From: Candidatus Enterousia sp.
Lineage (GTDB): Bacteria > Pseudomonadota > Alphaproteobacteria > Rs-D84
Assembly (NCBI GenBank): GCA_045617905.1
Contig: JAZLJO010000014.1
Span: forward strand, 72,743 to 136,742
Length of the DNA: 64,000 nt
Reading direction: 5' to 3'
Shown here in pieces: positions 27,787 through 37,359 of this stretch. The translations under genes were made by a program, and so were the position numbers. Position 1 is the first letter of the stretch. Each line of letters begins with the position of its first letter. The notes beneath the pieces are model-generated. The model had not been told where the DNA came from and searched no databases. It saw only the letters and a program-made list of their open reading frames with translations.

Positions 27787-29466
27787 TTAATTTATATCGC
27801 TGCTATATACCCAATAAATTTGATTATTGTATTTAATTTTTAATACATTCTTACTATCATCAGAAATGAAATGTGGTTCTGTTGAAGCATTCGTATAAAA
27901 ACGTTTTCCATCGTATTCAACCACCAACGCATGTTCCGTATTTTTTATTTGCGACATATACATTGTCATATTGCCAACATGCAACAATCTGCCACATGAT
28001 AATTCTTGTGATGAACCGGCGGGACATACCAAACCAGTTAAACACGCATTTACCCCCGATGCATTATCTTCATCAACAGACATCTTACCACCCGGACACC
28101 AAGAATTTGCAGGACATATTGAACAATCTGTAGAATTGGCCGGTAAATAATATCCACGTTCACACAAAATAAAACATTCATTTATTTTGGTTGCGCCAAC
28201 ATCAGATGTCGTGCCATTTGGACATTTTGTACACGCCACACGATTGGTAAAATATTTTTCAAACCCTGTGATAAATTGATAATCACCTGCATTACATTGC
28301 GTATTCAATTTGGTTCCATAAAAAACATTTGTCATTTGATTCGAAGCGGTATAATTTATATCAACATTTGCAAATAATCTTTGCGGAACATCCCCCGTTA
28401 ATCCGGATGCACCGTAAAATGTTTCTTGAAACATTTTATTGGCGGGCCGTCCTGATATTCCAGCGAATAAATTTTCTGGTATTGGGCCGGTTAATTTTGA
28501 ACACCCTCTAAACGTGCCTTGAAACATACTGGTGGCTGGGTTGCCGGATATTCCCACAAACAAATATTCCGGTATTGGGCCGGTTAATTTTGAACATCCA
28601 TAGAATGTTTCCAAAAACATGCTGTTAATGGGACGGCCAGATATTCCCGCAAATAAATCTTCTGGGATTGTCCCAGTTAAATTAGCACAATCTTTAAACG
28701 TATACGCAAACATACTGTCGGCTGGGGGACCGGATATTCCGGCAAACAAATTTTTCGGTATTGTCCCCGTTAATCCCGTACAATTAAAAAACACGCTTCG
28801 AAACATACTTTCGACCGGTGTCCCAATTGCCCCAGCAAATAAATCGGGCGGGACATCCCCATAAACCCCTGAATTGTTAAACGTTTCCCAAAACATAAAC
28901 GGTTGCGGCTGGCCAGATATTGAACCGAATAAATTTGGTGGCAAGGTACTTTTTAAATTTGCAGCAAATTTAAATGTTCCAACAAACATATACGGCACCC
29001 ATTCACCACTTAATGAAGAAAATAAATTTTCTGGAATATTTCCCTGTAAATTTTCACACCGTTGAAACGTTCTGTAAAAACGCGGATTTCTTTGTTCACC
29101 AACCGTCAACGTTCCAAATATATCGGATAAAGAACCACTTATTTGTGCCAGATTTTTGTTTTCTTCAAAACTGATCGTTGCAACATTTATATTTGTATTA
29201 TATGCCGTTGCAGTACCAGATATTCCAATATCATATACCCCAGAATTTTTGTAAATATGTGAATATGTTGTAGATTTTACATCTGTTTGTGATATATTTT
29301 CAATATTACCATCACCCCAATCAATTATAAAATCACCTGTTGCAGCAATAGAAAACGAAAATTGAGACGTTCCATCAATCGTTTTTACCCAAAACGCAGA
29401 TTCCGCGAATACCGCATTTGCAGAAAAAATAATAAATATATAAAAAACTATTTTTCGCAGTTTCAT
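27787..29466 (-). CDS. secreted repeat protein: ~8 tandem 31-aa BspA/DUF285-like LRR repeats (C..LTG.IPE.LFAGISG.PA.SMF..TF.G) followed by a Cys-rich furin/EGF-like C-terminal region
   Basis: Signal peptide MKLRKIVFYIFIIFSANAVFA. Near-identical 93-nt repeats at ~28380-28960. CxxCPxG..C motifs near the C-terminus. Confidence 0.55.
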   Translation of the reverse strand: MKLRKIVFYIFIIFSANAVFAESAFWVKTIDGTSQFSFSIAATGDFIIDWGDGNIENISQTDVKSTTYSHIYKNSGVYDIGISGTATAYNTNINVATISFEENKNLAQISGSLSDIFGTLTVGEQRNPRFYRTFQRCENLQGNIPENLFSSLSGEWVPYMFVGTFKFAANLKSTLPPNLFGSISGQPQPFMFWETFNNSGVYGDVPPDLFAGAIGTPVESMFRSVFFNCTGLTGTIPKNLFAGISGPPADSMFAYTFKDCANLTGTIPEDLFAGISGRPINSMFLETFYGCSKLTGPIPEYLFVGISGNPATSMFQGTFRGCSKLTGPIPENLFAGISGRPANKMFQETFYGASGLTGDVPQRLFANVDINYTASNQMTNVFYGTKLNTQCNAGDYQFITGFEKYFTNRVACTKCPNGTTSDVGATKINECFILCERGYYLPANSTDCSICPANSWCPGGKMSVDEDNASGVNACLTGLVCPAGSSQELSCGRLLHVGNMTMYMSQIKNTEHALVVEYDGKRFYTNASTEPHFISDDSKNVLKIKYNNQIYWVYSSDIN

Positions 29467-29580
29467 CCCTTCCCATATATAAGGGGATAATATAAAAAAC
29501 ACAAAATAAAATCAATAAAACATTCCCCTGGAACAACAAAAAAAACAGCTCTGAACATTGTCCAAGATGTTAAATTTTAC

Positions 29581-29625
29581 TGGCGGAGACGAAGGGATTG
29601 TCTGATTCCCATTTGCATACATTGG
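29581..29625 (-). repeat. degenerate tRNA-Ser 3'-end-like segment (copy B)
   Basis: TGGCGGAGACGAAGGGATTGTCTGATTCCC aligns with the tRNA-Ser 3' end at 30006, but the T-loop is non-canonical. Confidence 0.35.
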
Positions 29626-29754
29626 CGCAAATGGGCCCCTTTCGCTACGTAAGGCTCAAACTTCGCAAAACGGCTGGTTTTCGCCAACTGACGCCCCGAA
29701 CCCTGCAATCACAGATTGCACGATGTTTCGTCCACACCGCAACACCAACAGTAA

Positions 29755-29786
29755 TAAAAAATACCCCATCTGGGGTATTTTTTTAT
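29755..29786. terminator. hairpin ATACCCCAtctgGGGTAT with T-run (intrinsic terminator)
   Basis: Perfect 8-bp stem followed by a T7 run, between tRNA-like copies A and B. Confidence 0.45.
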
Positions 29787-29789
29787 TAC

Positions 29790-29870
29790 TGGCGGCTCAA
29801 AAGGGATTCGAACGCCCGGTAGATTTGCCCACCTGTGCGAAGTATTCTCTTTTAGACGAACTATCTCCAC
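29790..29870 (-). pseudogene. tRNA-Ser-like 3' portion (copy A): canonical T-loop and CCA but no matching 5' acceptor strand
   Basis: Minus strand reads ...GGTGGGCAAATCTACCGGGCGTTCGAATCCCTTTTGAGCCGCCA. It parallels tRNA-Ser(TGA) through the variable arm, but the 5' half does not pair. Confidence 0.35.
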
Positions 29871-30005
29871 TTTATTTTTACCGCGTACACGCCCATAATT
29901 CTCGCAAAAAATGCCTTAAAAAATAATAAAAAACGATAAAAAAAGAGTCATCATTTTTACCTAAGTTTATTTTAAATTTCTTAAGTAAAAACAATGACTT
30001 AATCC

Positions 30006-30095
30006 TGGCGGATGGTGAGGGATTCGAACCCCCGGTGGAGTTACCCCCACAACGGTTTTCAAGACCGTCGCATTCGACCGCTCTGCCAACCATCC
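30006..30095 (-). tRNA. tRNA-Ser (anticodon TGA), type II with long variable arm, CCA encoded
   Basis: GGATGGTTGGCAGAGCGGTCGAATGCGACGGTCTTGAAAACCGTTGTGGGGGTAACTCCACCGGGGGTTCGAATCCCTCACCATCCGCCA. Confidence 0.85.
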
Positions 30096-30193
30096 GAAAA
30101 GATCATGTGCTAACAACACACAACGGACACATTCTATATATTTTTTTTCTTAAACGCAACCGGAAATTACAATATAAACAAAATTTTAATTTA

Positions 30194-31162
30194 TTACATA
30201 TTTGTGGTATTTATATCAAAATCTGCAAATGCATCTTTGCAATCTGGATTCATGGTTAAATTACGCATTTCTTCGGCGGATAATATGGACTTAAATATAT
30301 CAACAATAAATCTGCATATATTATTTATCGCCGCCTGGCGATATTTTCCATGACGCGTCATCAAATACAAATTAAAATGACAATCCCATCCAGGCAATGA
30401 AAACTCCACAATATCTGGCATGTATTTAATCATAAAAAACGGCACCATTGATACCAAATTTTCCGATTGCACCAATGACAATTGCATTTCAGAATTAGAC
30501 ACAACATAATCCAACGATTTCGCCATATTTCTGCGTTCTTCGTATTTTGGATCATAAATTGCGGTTTCTGTGTTTATTACAATATGGTGATTGCATAACA
30601 AATCTTCAATTGATTTCGGAACCCCATAATCGGCAATATGTTGTCGGGTTGTTATTAACGCAATTCGCACAGGTATTTTAAACAACACATCAACATCAGG
30701 TGATCTAATATACTCATATGTTAAACACACATCTGCATTATCCATACTGTGACGGTTCATTTCCTGTAATCCAATCACCTGAAACACAATTTCTGGATGC
30801 ATTTTACGCATTTGATGCAAAAATTTTTGCTGAAACGTTGTAAAGCACATATTGGGCACTGCAATACGTATTGTTTCTGATTTTGCATTATCCAAAAAAC
30901 GATGCGGCAAAGATGACAAAACATCATTTATTTTTTTGGTAATTCTATAAACCTGATCACCGGTTGGCGTCATCTTTAACCCATGACTTTGCCGGATGCA
31001 TAATCTGGCGTTTAATATCTGTTCCAACAAACATACCTCAGATGATAAATTTGATTGTCGCATTCCCAATTCATCAGCCGCACGCTTTATCTGGCCATAT
31101 CGTGCCACAACGGCAAAATGTGCCAGCAATTTATACAATAGTATATTTTTTTGAACCGACAT
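30194..31162 (-). CDS. LysR-family transcriptional regulator
   Basis: N-terminal HTH VARYGQIKRAADELGMRQSNLS plus a LysR substrate-binding-type C-terminus. Start taken at MSVQKN. Confidence 0.7.
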   Translation of the reverse strand: MSVQKNILLYKLLAHFAVVARYGQIKRAADELGMRQSNLSSEVCLLEQILNARLCIRQSHGLKMTPTGDQVYRITKKINDVLSSLPHRFLDNAKSETIRIAVPNMCFTTFQQKFLHQMRKMHPEIVFQVIGLQEMNRHSMDNADVCLTYEYIRSPDVDVLFKIPVRIALITTRQHIADYGVPKSIEDLLCNHHIVINTETAIYDPKYEERRNMAKSLDYVVSNSEMQLSLVQSENLVSMVPFFMIKYMPDIVEFSLPGWDCHFNLYLMTRHGKYRQAAINNICRFIVDIFKSILSAEEMRNLTMNPDCKDAFADFDINTTNM

Positions 31163-31289
31163 GATAAAATTGTGACACAATAAAAAAACGCTGTCAATAT
31201 GCCGTATTTATAATTGTGATTTATATTTTTTTCATATTTCTTTTAATCCTGGGGATGTTATCATACCAATATATAAAAAAGGTGTATAT

Positions 31290-31466
31290 ATGACATACAA
31301 CACAGCAAGTTTCGGTGCATCCAAAAACAGCATTATTGATGATTTTATGGACGCCATCTGCCAAGCGTTTTCAATAAAAAATCATAATCTGTATGAAATT
31401 TATGATCCCAGCAAAGTATCTGCAAAAAAACGCATAAAAAATCTGTTCGGTTGTTTTGATAAATAA
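31290..31466 (+). CDS. small hypothetical protein (58 aa), divergent from the LysR regulator
   Basis: ATG with AAAAGGTG 8 nt upstream. Absent from the ORF track, probably below its size cutoff. Followed by a terminator. Confidence 0.3.
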   Translation: MTYNTASFGASKNSIIDDFMDAICQAFSIKNHNLYEIYDPSKVSAKKRIKNLFGCFDK

Positions 31467-31483
31467 TTATATTTTCACAAAAA

Positions 31484-31511
31484 CAAAACGCCCCATTTGG
31501 GGCGTTTTATC
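31484..31511. terminator. bidirectional intrinsic terminator (aaaACGCCCCatttGGGGCGTttt)
   Basis: GC hairpin with A/T flanks between the small ORF and the convergent autotransporter gene. Confidence 0.6.
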
Positions 31512-31519
31512 AATAATAA

Positions 31520-34500
31520 TTAGAACACATAACGTAACCCCAACGTTCCGCCGATTTCGGTGTAATCGGTATCTGTGCTGTACGTTAATTCAAAATACAA
31601 ATTTGTTGAATCGTTAATATTATGCCAATTCATACCAAATCCGTATTCCATCGCATTCTGTGCTTCATCTGTGTTATACCGTTCATTGTTTATACTTAAT
31701 ACAGTTTTTTTAGATGCATCATTTGTATAGCCAATTTTTGCATACGTCTGTAATTGACCATTTTTCATTTTCCAACGCGGTCCACCAACCAATGCGGCAT
31801 TTAATATTACATTGGTATCGCCACGCACAGTCATTACCCCATTAACATCAACATCGGACATGTTTATTGTTGTTAATTCCACAGACGGTGTCACAAATAC
31901 AGATACGGATTCTAATCCCATATCAAATACAAATTGTTTACCAATTTCCGTATTTAATGTCATGGCATTATAACCATCGGTTCCATCCAAATCGACAATA
32001 TGTTCACGAAATGCGACATCAACAAACCACCCATTTTGTGTTGTTAACATTCCATATGCACCGACCCCATATGACGTTGAATTTAAATTAACATCACTGT
32101 TATCAGATTGTGCCATTGATATATAACCCAAGGCCCCTGCATATACATCAAATGATTTACCCGCAAATAATTTTCGGTCATATCCAAATTCAACACCAGA
32201 TTGACCAACGGACACATCACCAATTTCTGCATTTTTATAAATACCGCGTGTCCAGAAACCATTTTTACCGGCATCAGTATAAACACCTGTTTTTTCATTA
32301 CGCCACATTAATTCACCAACACGTTTTTGCATACTGTTTGTCATTTGACGAACCAAGTGTTTTGATATTTTGCCAGATGCAATTCCATCGTTAACAGCCA
32401 CAGGATTCGTTTTTTCGGATGCAATTTTAACAAACCATTCATTGGCAATTTGCGACAATTCCAAATCATATATTTTCGTATATGTATCAATTGTATTATT
32501 TTGCAATTCAAATACATTATCGTTTGTATTAACCGTCGCAAATAAAATTGGTGTATCTGTTAACGCAAAACTTAGTCCATTAAATGTAACCTGTACTTTT
32601 TCATCATTGTCCAATTGCAAATCAGATATTGATACATAATCAACCGCATTTGTTTTTGCATCAATATCAAAATTAAATTTATTATTTCCTGACAAATATA
32701 ACGTCGGCAAATCCAACGATTGAATAAACCCATTGGATAAATCTAATGTTGAATTTTCCATTGAAAATTTAACTGTAATATCCGTTACATCATTTGCAAA
32801 ACCACCAAACGTTTCTGTTCCTGTATAGGCATCTGGTGTCTTTCCAAATCCAATTGTGGAATTAATTACAGATACACTTGTTGGATCATATATTTTATTA
32901 TTAAAATATACACCACCTGTATTATCACCATTTATTTCAATATCATATTTTGTATAATATTCTTTTGTACTTGCATAATCTTCATCATCCGGATCCATTG
33001 TTTCGGCGATATGTGCATCAAAATAATTTATACGTTTACCTATATTTTCCGTATCCCACTCATGCATCAATGCGATATTATCGTTTATAGTATATGTTCC
33101 ATTATTTAACGCTGATATGTTTAATATACTATTAAACTGCACTGTAATCGCATTATCAAAACGATATATTTTGGAACTTTCAAGATCTTCATATTTTTGA
33201 TAATTATTTGAAATCAAATAACTGTTACCATCAGCCAATAATGCGATATTACCAGTGCTATAAATTGCCCCACCTATCAATCCAGTGTTTTTAATTAAAT
33301 TTCCTGACAAACGTCCAATATTTCCATAAATTGCCCCACCAAGATCACTAGAATGATTGTCTATGAAACTGCCATTCATCGTTTCAATGTGTCCATAAAT
33401 TGCACCAGCCATATGTTCAGATGTGTTTCCTATAAAATCACCCGTCATATTTGTTATATCACCATATACAGCACCACCGGGACCACCAGCAGCAGAATTA
33501 TTAATAAAATTCCCCTTCATATTTGCTATATCACCGTATACAGCACCACCAACACTACTAGATTTATTATTGATAAAATCACCCGTCATGTTTGTTATAT
33601 TACCGTGTACAGCACCACCGGGACCACCAGCAGCAGAATTATTAATAAAATTCCCCTTTATATTTGCTATATCACCGAATACAGCACCACCATTACTACT
33701 TGATTTATTATTGATAAAATCACCCGTCATGTTTGTTATATTACCAAACACAGCACCACCGGGACCACCAGCAGCAGAATTATTAATAAAATTCCCCTTC
33801 ATATTTGCTATATCACCGTATACAGCACCACCAACACTACTAGATTTATTATTGATAAAATCACCAGTTATATCACCGACCGTTCCACCATAAATCTCAA
33901 TTGCCCCACCAACACTACTACTATTATTAATAAAATCACCCGTTATATTACCAATTATTCCACCCGAATTAGAAATCGCCCCACCATTAGAAGAAATATT
34001 TCCTATAAAATCACCCGTTATATTACCGACCGTTCCACCAGAATTATAAATCGCCCCACCAGGTGCATTGGTTGAATTATTAATAAAGTCGGCCTTAATA
34101 TCCCCAATTGTTCCGCCAGCATTATAAATCGCCCCCCCCGGACCGCCATAGATACCACCAACAGATTGATTCTTTATAAATTTTCCAGAAATTTGACCAA
34201 TTATACCATTACCGTTATTATAGATAGCCTTACCATTAGAACCATTGTTACCAATAAAAATTCCAGCAATATTATCAATTACCCCATTATTACCAATAGC
34301 AGAACCGTTTGCACTGTTATTATTAATAAAAACGCCCGAAATATTTCCAATATGCCCCGTTTCATTTGCTATTGCCCCATAATTACCCGCATAATTATTT
34401 ATAAATGTACCCGTTATATAATCCATATATACCAAAGAATTATTATAAACGGCCGCACCATTTCCACCACCATCGTTATTAATAAATACCCCGTTTACAC

Positions 34501-35113
34501 CACCATTAATTTCTGCAACCTGCGATGCAGAACCATAATAATAATTATTATTGGAATTATATATAACACCATTCCCATTTAACGATGGAACCGAAATAAA
34601 TACACCGTTAACCGATTCTATTAAACCATCTGTATTATGTATATTCGCCCCAAACCGTCCGCTATCAATTTCTTTTCCGTCGACAATTCGTGTCCATTTA
34701 TAAAATTTTGCCACCCATTCCCCATCCGCATTTTTTTGATACGTTTTTATAATATTGGCACTTTGCAGGCTTGGTACAGCTGCATTTTGATATTGTGCAC
34801 TTTCGGTTTCACTTAACTCAATAAATTTTAAATTATTATTTTCATACGATTTAATACTTGGAATCTTTGTATTATCATTATACTTATAACTGTAAAACTT
34901 AGCAATCCAATCACCAGATTTATCGCGTTCATACGTTTTTATAATTCCATTATCATGCAATTGTTCATCGGTGTATTGTGATACTAATAAATAAATTTCA
35001 TCTGTTTTAGTAATTTCTGAAAACAACAGATTTTTATTATCATTTTGAATTGCCACGGCATTTGCAGCCAAACAAACATTCAATGCAATTGCACTTATCA
35101 GTGTTTTTTTCAT
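31520..35113 (-). CDS. autotransporter adhesin with polymorphic-membrane-protein (Pmp)-type GGA(I/V)/FxxN repeats and C-terminal beta-barrel translocator
   Basis: Signal peptide MKKTLISAIALNVCLAANAVA. Dozens of GGAIYN/GGAVYG and GDFINN motifs. C-terminal ~280-aa beta-domain ending LGLRYVF. Confidence 0.75.
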   Translation of the reverse strand: MKKTLISAIALNVCLAANAVAIQNDNKNLLFSEITKTDEIYLLVSQYTDEQLHDNGIIKTYERDKSGDWIAKFYSYKYNDNTKIPSIKSYENNNLKFIELSETESAQYQNAAVPSLQSANIIKTYQKNADGEWVAKFYKWTRIVDGKEIDSGRFGANIHNTDGLIESVNGVFISVPSLNGNGVIYNSNNNYYYGSASQVAEINGGVNGVFINNDGGGNGAAVYNNSLVYMDYITGTFINNYAGNYGAIANETGHIGNISGVFINNNSANGSAIGNNGVIDNIAGIFIGNNGSNGKAIYNNGNGIIGQISGKFIKNQSVGGIYGGPGGAIYNAGGTIGDIKADFINNSTNAPGGAIYNSGGTVGNITGDFIGNISSNGGAISNSGGIIGNITGDFINNSSSVGGAIEIYGGTVGDITGDFINNKSSSVGGAVYGDIANMKGNFINNSAAGGPGGAVFGNITNMTGDFINNKSSSNGGAVFGDIANIKGNFINNSAAGGPGGAVHGNITNMTGDFINNKSSSVGGAVYGDIANMKGNFINNSAAGGPGGAVYGDITNMTGDFIGNTSEHMAGAIYGHIETMNGSFIDNHSSDLGGAIYGNIGRLSGNLIKNTGLIGGAIYSTGNIALLADGNSYLISNNYQKYEDLESSKIYRFDNAITVQFNSILNISALNNGTYTINDNIALMHEWDTENIGKRINYFDAHIAETMDPDDEDYASTKEYYTKYDIEINGDNTGGVYFNNKIYDPTSVSVINSTIGFGKTPDAYTGTETFGGFANDVTDITVKFSMENSTLDLSNGFIQSLDLPTLYLSGNNKFNFDIDAKTNAVDYVSISDLQLDNDEKVQVTFNGLSFALTDTPILFATVNTNDNVFELQNNTIDTYTKIYDLELSQIANEWFVKIASEKTNPVAVNDGIASGKISKHLVRQMTNSMQKRVGELMWRNEKTGVYTDAGKNGFWTRGIYKNAEIGDVSVGQSGVEFGYDRKLFAGKSFDVYAGALGYISMAQSDNSDVNLNSTSYGVGAYGMLTTQNGWFVDVAFREHIVDLDGTDGYNAMTLNTEIGKQFVFDMGLESVSVFVTPSVELTTINMSDVDVNGVMTVRGDTNVILNAALVGGPRWKMKNGQLQTYAKIGYTNDASKKTVLSINNERYNTDEAQNAMEYGFGMNWHNINDSTNLYFELTYSTDTDYTEIGGTLGLRYVF
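33420..33900. repeat. ~3.3 near-perfect tandem copies of a 144-bp (48-aa) unit inside the autotransporter passenger domain
   Basis: gggaccaccagcagcagaattattaataaaattcccctt recurs at 33475, 33619 and 33763. Translated unit: TGDFINNKSSSVGGAVYGDIANMKGNFINNSAAGGPGGAV.GNITNM. Confidence 0.8.
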
Positions 35114-35191
35114 ATTCTCTCTCCGTTTTAATATGATTTATTTCACAGGTATTATATCACAGACAAATACCGCTTTCAAATTTCAGCAATC

Positions 35192-35220
35192 AAAAACGCC
35201 CCAATTGGGGCGTTTTGTTT
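35192..35220 (-). terminator. intrinsic terminator (aaaaACGCCCCaattGGGGCGTtttgttt) after lgt
   Basis: GC hairpin with T-run on the minus strand. Confidence 0.6.
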
Positions 35221-35232
35221 CTACATAACAAC

Positions 35233-36033
35233 CTATTTCTTTCGGTATATCGCCAATAAAAATATTATTGTCCCCGCCACAAACATTATCCCCGACAGCA
35301 ATTGCCCCATCGTTAAGCCCCACGATGTCAAAAAGCCAATTTGCACATCTGGTGCTCGAAACAATTCACAAAAAACACGTGCACAGGCGTACCCAATCCC
35401 CATAATTCCGGCCAATGCCCCAGGTCGATTACGCAACGACGTAAAACGATGTAAACAAAACATTAAAACAAATAACAACACACCTTCAGTTGCGGCTTCA
35501 AACAATGGGCTGGGGTAATGAGGGACGGTATCAACACCCGCAAACATTACACCGAACGGCGAATCCGTGACCCGCCCCATCAATTCCATATTTATGAAAT
35601 TTGCAATACGTCCAAAAAACAATCCAATTGGTGCAACAACCGCCATCATATCTAATATTTTCCATGCGTTTATTTTGCGTTTTCGTGCAAACAAAATAAC
35701 CGCACACACCAAGCCAACCAGCCCACCATGAAAACTCATTCCACCATGCCACAAGGCAAATATTTCCAACGGATTCGATATAAAAAATGGTAAATTATAA
35801 AATAAAACATACCCTAAACGACCACCAAGTATCACACCAAATATCACAAACGTTAATAAATCATCCAATTGATGTTTATCCAATTTTAACTGTGTATCTG
35901 TACGAGCCATCAAATACTTAAATAAATAATACCCCCCAACAAATCCCGCAATATACGCCAACGCATACCAGCGCACAGGTAAACCAAATACAGAAAACGC
36001 AACCGGTGAAATCGGATTGATCATAACGGACAT
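35233..36033 (-). CDS. lgt: prolipoprotein diacylglyceryl transferase
   Basis: 266-aa polytopic protein with an Lgt signature region (..HGGLVG.. / YPSPLFEA). Confidence 0.8.
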   Translation of the reverse strand: MSVMINPISPVAFSVFGLPVRWYALAYIAGFVGGYYLFKYLMARTDTQLKLDKHQLDDLLTFVIFGVILGGRLGYVLFYNLPFFISNPLEIFALWHGGMSFHGGLVGLVCAVILFARKRKINAWKILDMMAVVAPIGLFFGRIANFINMELMGRVTDSPFGVMFAGVDTVPHYPSPLFEAATEGVLLFVLMFCLHRFTSLRNRPGALAGIMGIGYACARVFCELFRAPDVQIGFLTSWGLTMGQLLSGIMFVAGTIIFLLAIYRKK

Positions 36034-36054
36034 TTTATTTTTACCAATTCCTAA

Positions 36055-36354
36055 TTAATATTGTTTCAGCCGAAAAATTTCCCTAATAATTTTAACAATA
36101 TCTGTTCTGTTTTTATCTAAATTTTCCAGATAATTCAACGAACTTTTACAACTTTTTAAAAGAATTTCCACATTTTCTATATTTTTATAAGTTTCTTTAC
36201 TTTTTTCTTTTTCGTTTTTCAAACGTTCTAATTTTTTACTGTATACATCTATCAAAAACAGTTGTGTATTAACACATTCTTCATACGAGTTGGGTTGAGT
36301 TGCGTGCGTGTGTTTTAAATATTTTGATTCTTTTGCAATTTTATTGATATCCAT
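36055..36354 (-). CDS. hypothetical Lys-rich coiled-coil protein
   Basis: 99-aa ORF upstream of lgt. Confidence 0.3.
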   Translation of the reverse strand: MDINKIAKESKYLKHTHATQPNSYEECVNTQLFLIDVYSKKLERLKNEKEKSKETYKNIENVEILLKSCKSSLNYLENLDKNRTDIVKIIREIFRLKQY

Positions 36355-36431
36355 AACTATATTCCTTTTAATCTTGAAAATCGTACCAAATTATACCATA
36401 CTTATTTTGAAAATCAAAAAGGAGTTTTTCA

Positions 36432-37127
36432 ATGAGAACACAAAACAATGGTATGCAATTGTACTTTAAACGCATATTTGCATTAATGTTTGGTGCCGTT
36501 GCATTAACAGCCATTTCGGCGTTTATTACAATATCAACCCCATTGTGGTCCATGTTATTCGGCAGCACCGGTTTCAGTCCACTGTACTACATATTGGCAT
36601 TTGGTGGTGTTGGATTATCCCTGTGGACACAGGCCCGAGCATTTAATATGCGCCCCACAACCGCAGGATTAATGTTAGCAATATATTCCATTACATTGGG
36701 CATCGTAATGACACCCTTGTTATTGGTTGCCGTAACAAACAATCCATTTACAATATTGGCCGCATTTGTAATTGCCGCATTAATGTTTGCATGCATGGCT
36801 TTGTTTGGCTATAAAACAATCAAAGATCTGTCGTTTTTGGGTGTATTTTTAACAATCGGCATGATTGGATTAATATTGGTTGGATTGGCATCATTTATAT
36901 GGCCGACAATCATGGCCGGTGCATCTGGAACAATAATATGTTTAATTGGCGTATTGGTTTTTGCACTGTTTACCGCATATGACATGCAAACATTGAAGAA
37001 TGTATACAACCAAATGGGCAGTGATGAAAAACAACGTAATCAATTGGCGGTTTTGGGTGCATTGCATTTATACATATCGTTTATTGCAATGTTTGAATAC
37101 ATATTAAGCCTGTTAAATCGCGATTAA
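36432..37127 (+). CDS. Bax-inhibitor-1/YccA family membrane protein
   Basis: 7-TM, 231 aa, with the BI-1 family C-terminal pattern ...LHLYISFIAMFEYILSLL. Confidence 0.65.
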   Translation: MRTQNNGMQLYFKRIFALMFGAVALTAISAFITISTPLWSMLFGSTGFSPLYYILAFGGVGLSLWTQARAFNMRPTTAGLMLAIYSITLGIVMTPLLLVAVTNNPFTILAAFVIAALMFACMALFGYKTIKDLSFLGVFLTIGMIGLILVGLASFIWPTIMAGASGTIICLIGVLVFALFTAYDMQTLKNVYNQMGSDEKQRNQLAVLGALHLYISFIAMFEYILSLLNRD

Positions 37128-37166
37128 TTAACCAATTAACACAAAACAACAAAAAAAGGAAAACAA

Positions 37167-37349
37167 ATGGCGTATAAAATAGATAATTCAAAATGCATTG
37201 GTTGTCATACATGCATGGGTGGATGCCCGGTTGGTGCAACGTCGGTTGGACCAGACGGAAAATGCATTATAGACACAACAAAATGTATGTCATGCGGAAC
37301 ATGTGCTGCAATATGTCCAGTTGCTGCGATTACACCAGATATGAAATAA
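37167..37349 (+). CDS. 2x[4Fe-4S] ferredoxin
   Basis: CIGCHTCMGGCP and CMSCGTCAAICP cluster motifs in 60 aa. Confidence 0.75.
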   Translation: MAYKIDNSKCIGCHTCMGGCPVGATSVGPDGKCIIDTTKCMSCGTCAAICPVAAITPDMK

Positions 37350-37359
37350 AAAACAAAGA

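Noticed and set aside
29598-29822. 74-aa ORF spanning the tRNA-like repeats, and a possible two-piece tmRNA (ssrA) on the minus strand
   Set aside because: The ORF has no RBS and covers a terminator hairpin and tRNA-like segments. For tmRNA, I could find no tag-peptide reading frame ending in ...AA-stop, copy B lacks a canonical T-loop, and copy A has no complementary 5' acceptor strand. The segments are better explained as degenerate tRNA-Ser 3' repeats.
33353-33893. Plus-strand ORFs 33353..33703 and 33423..33893 with internally repetitive peptides
   Set aside because: They are antisense read-throughs of the 144-bp tandem repeats inside the minus-strand autotransporter gene, i.e. a repeat artefact and not coding.
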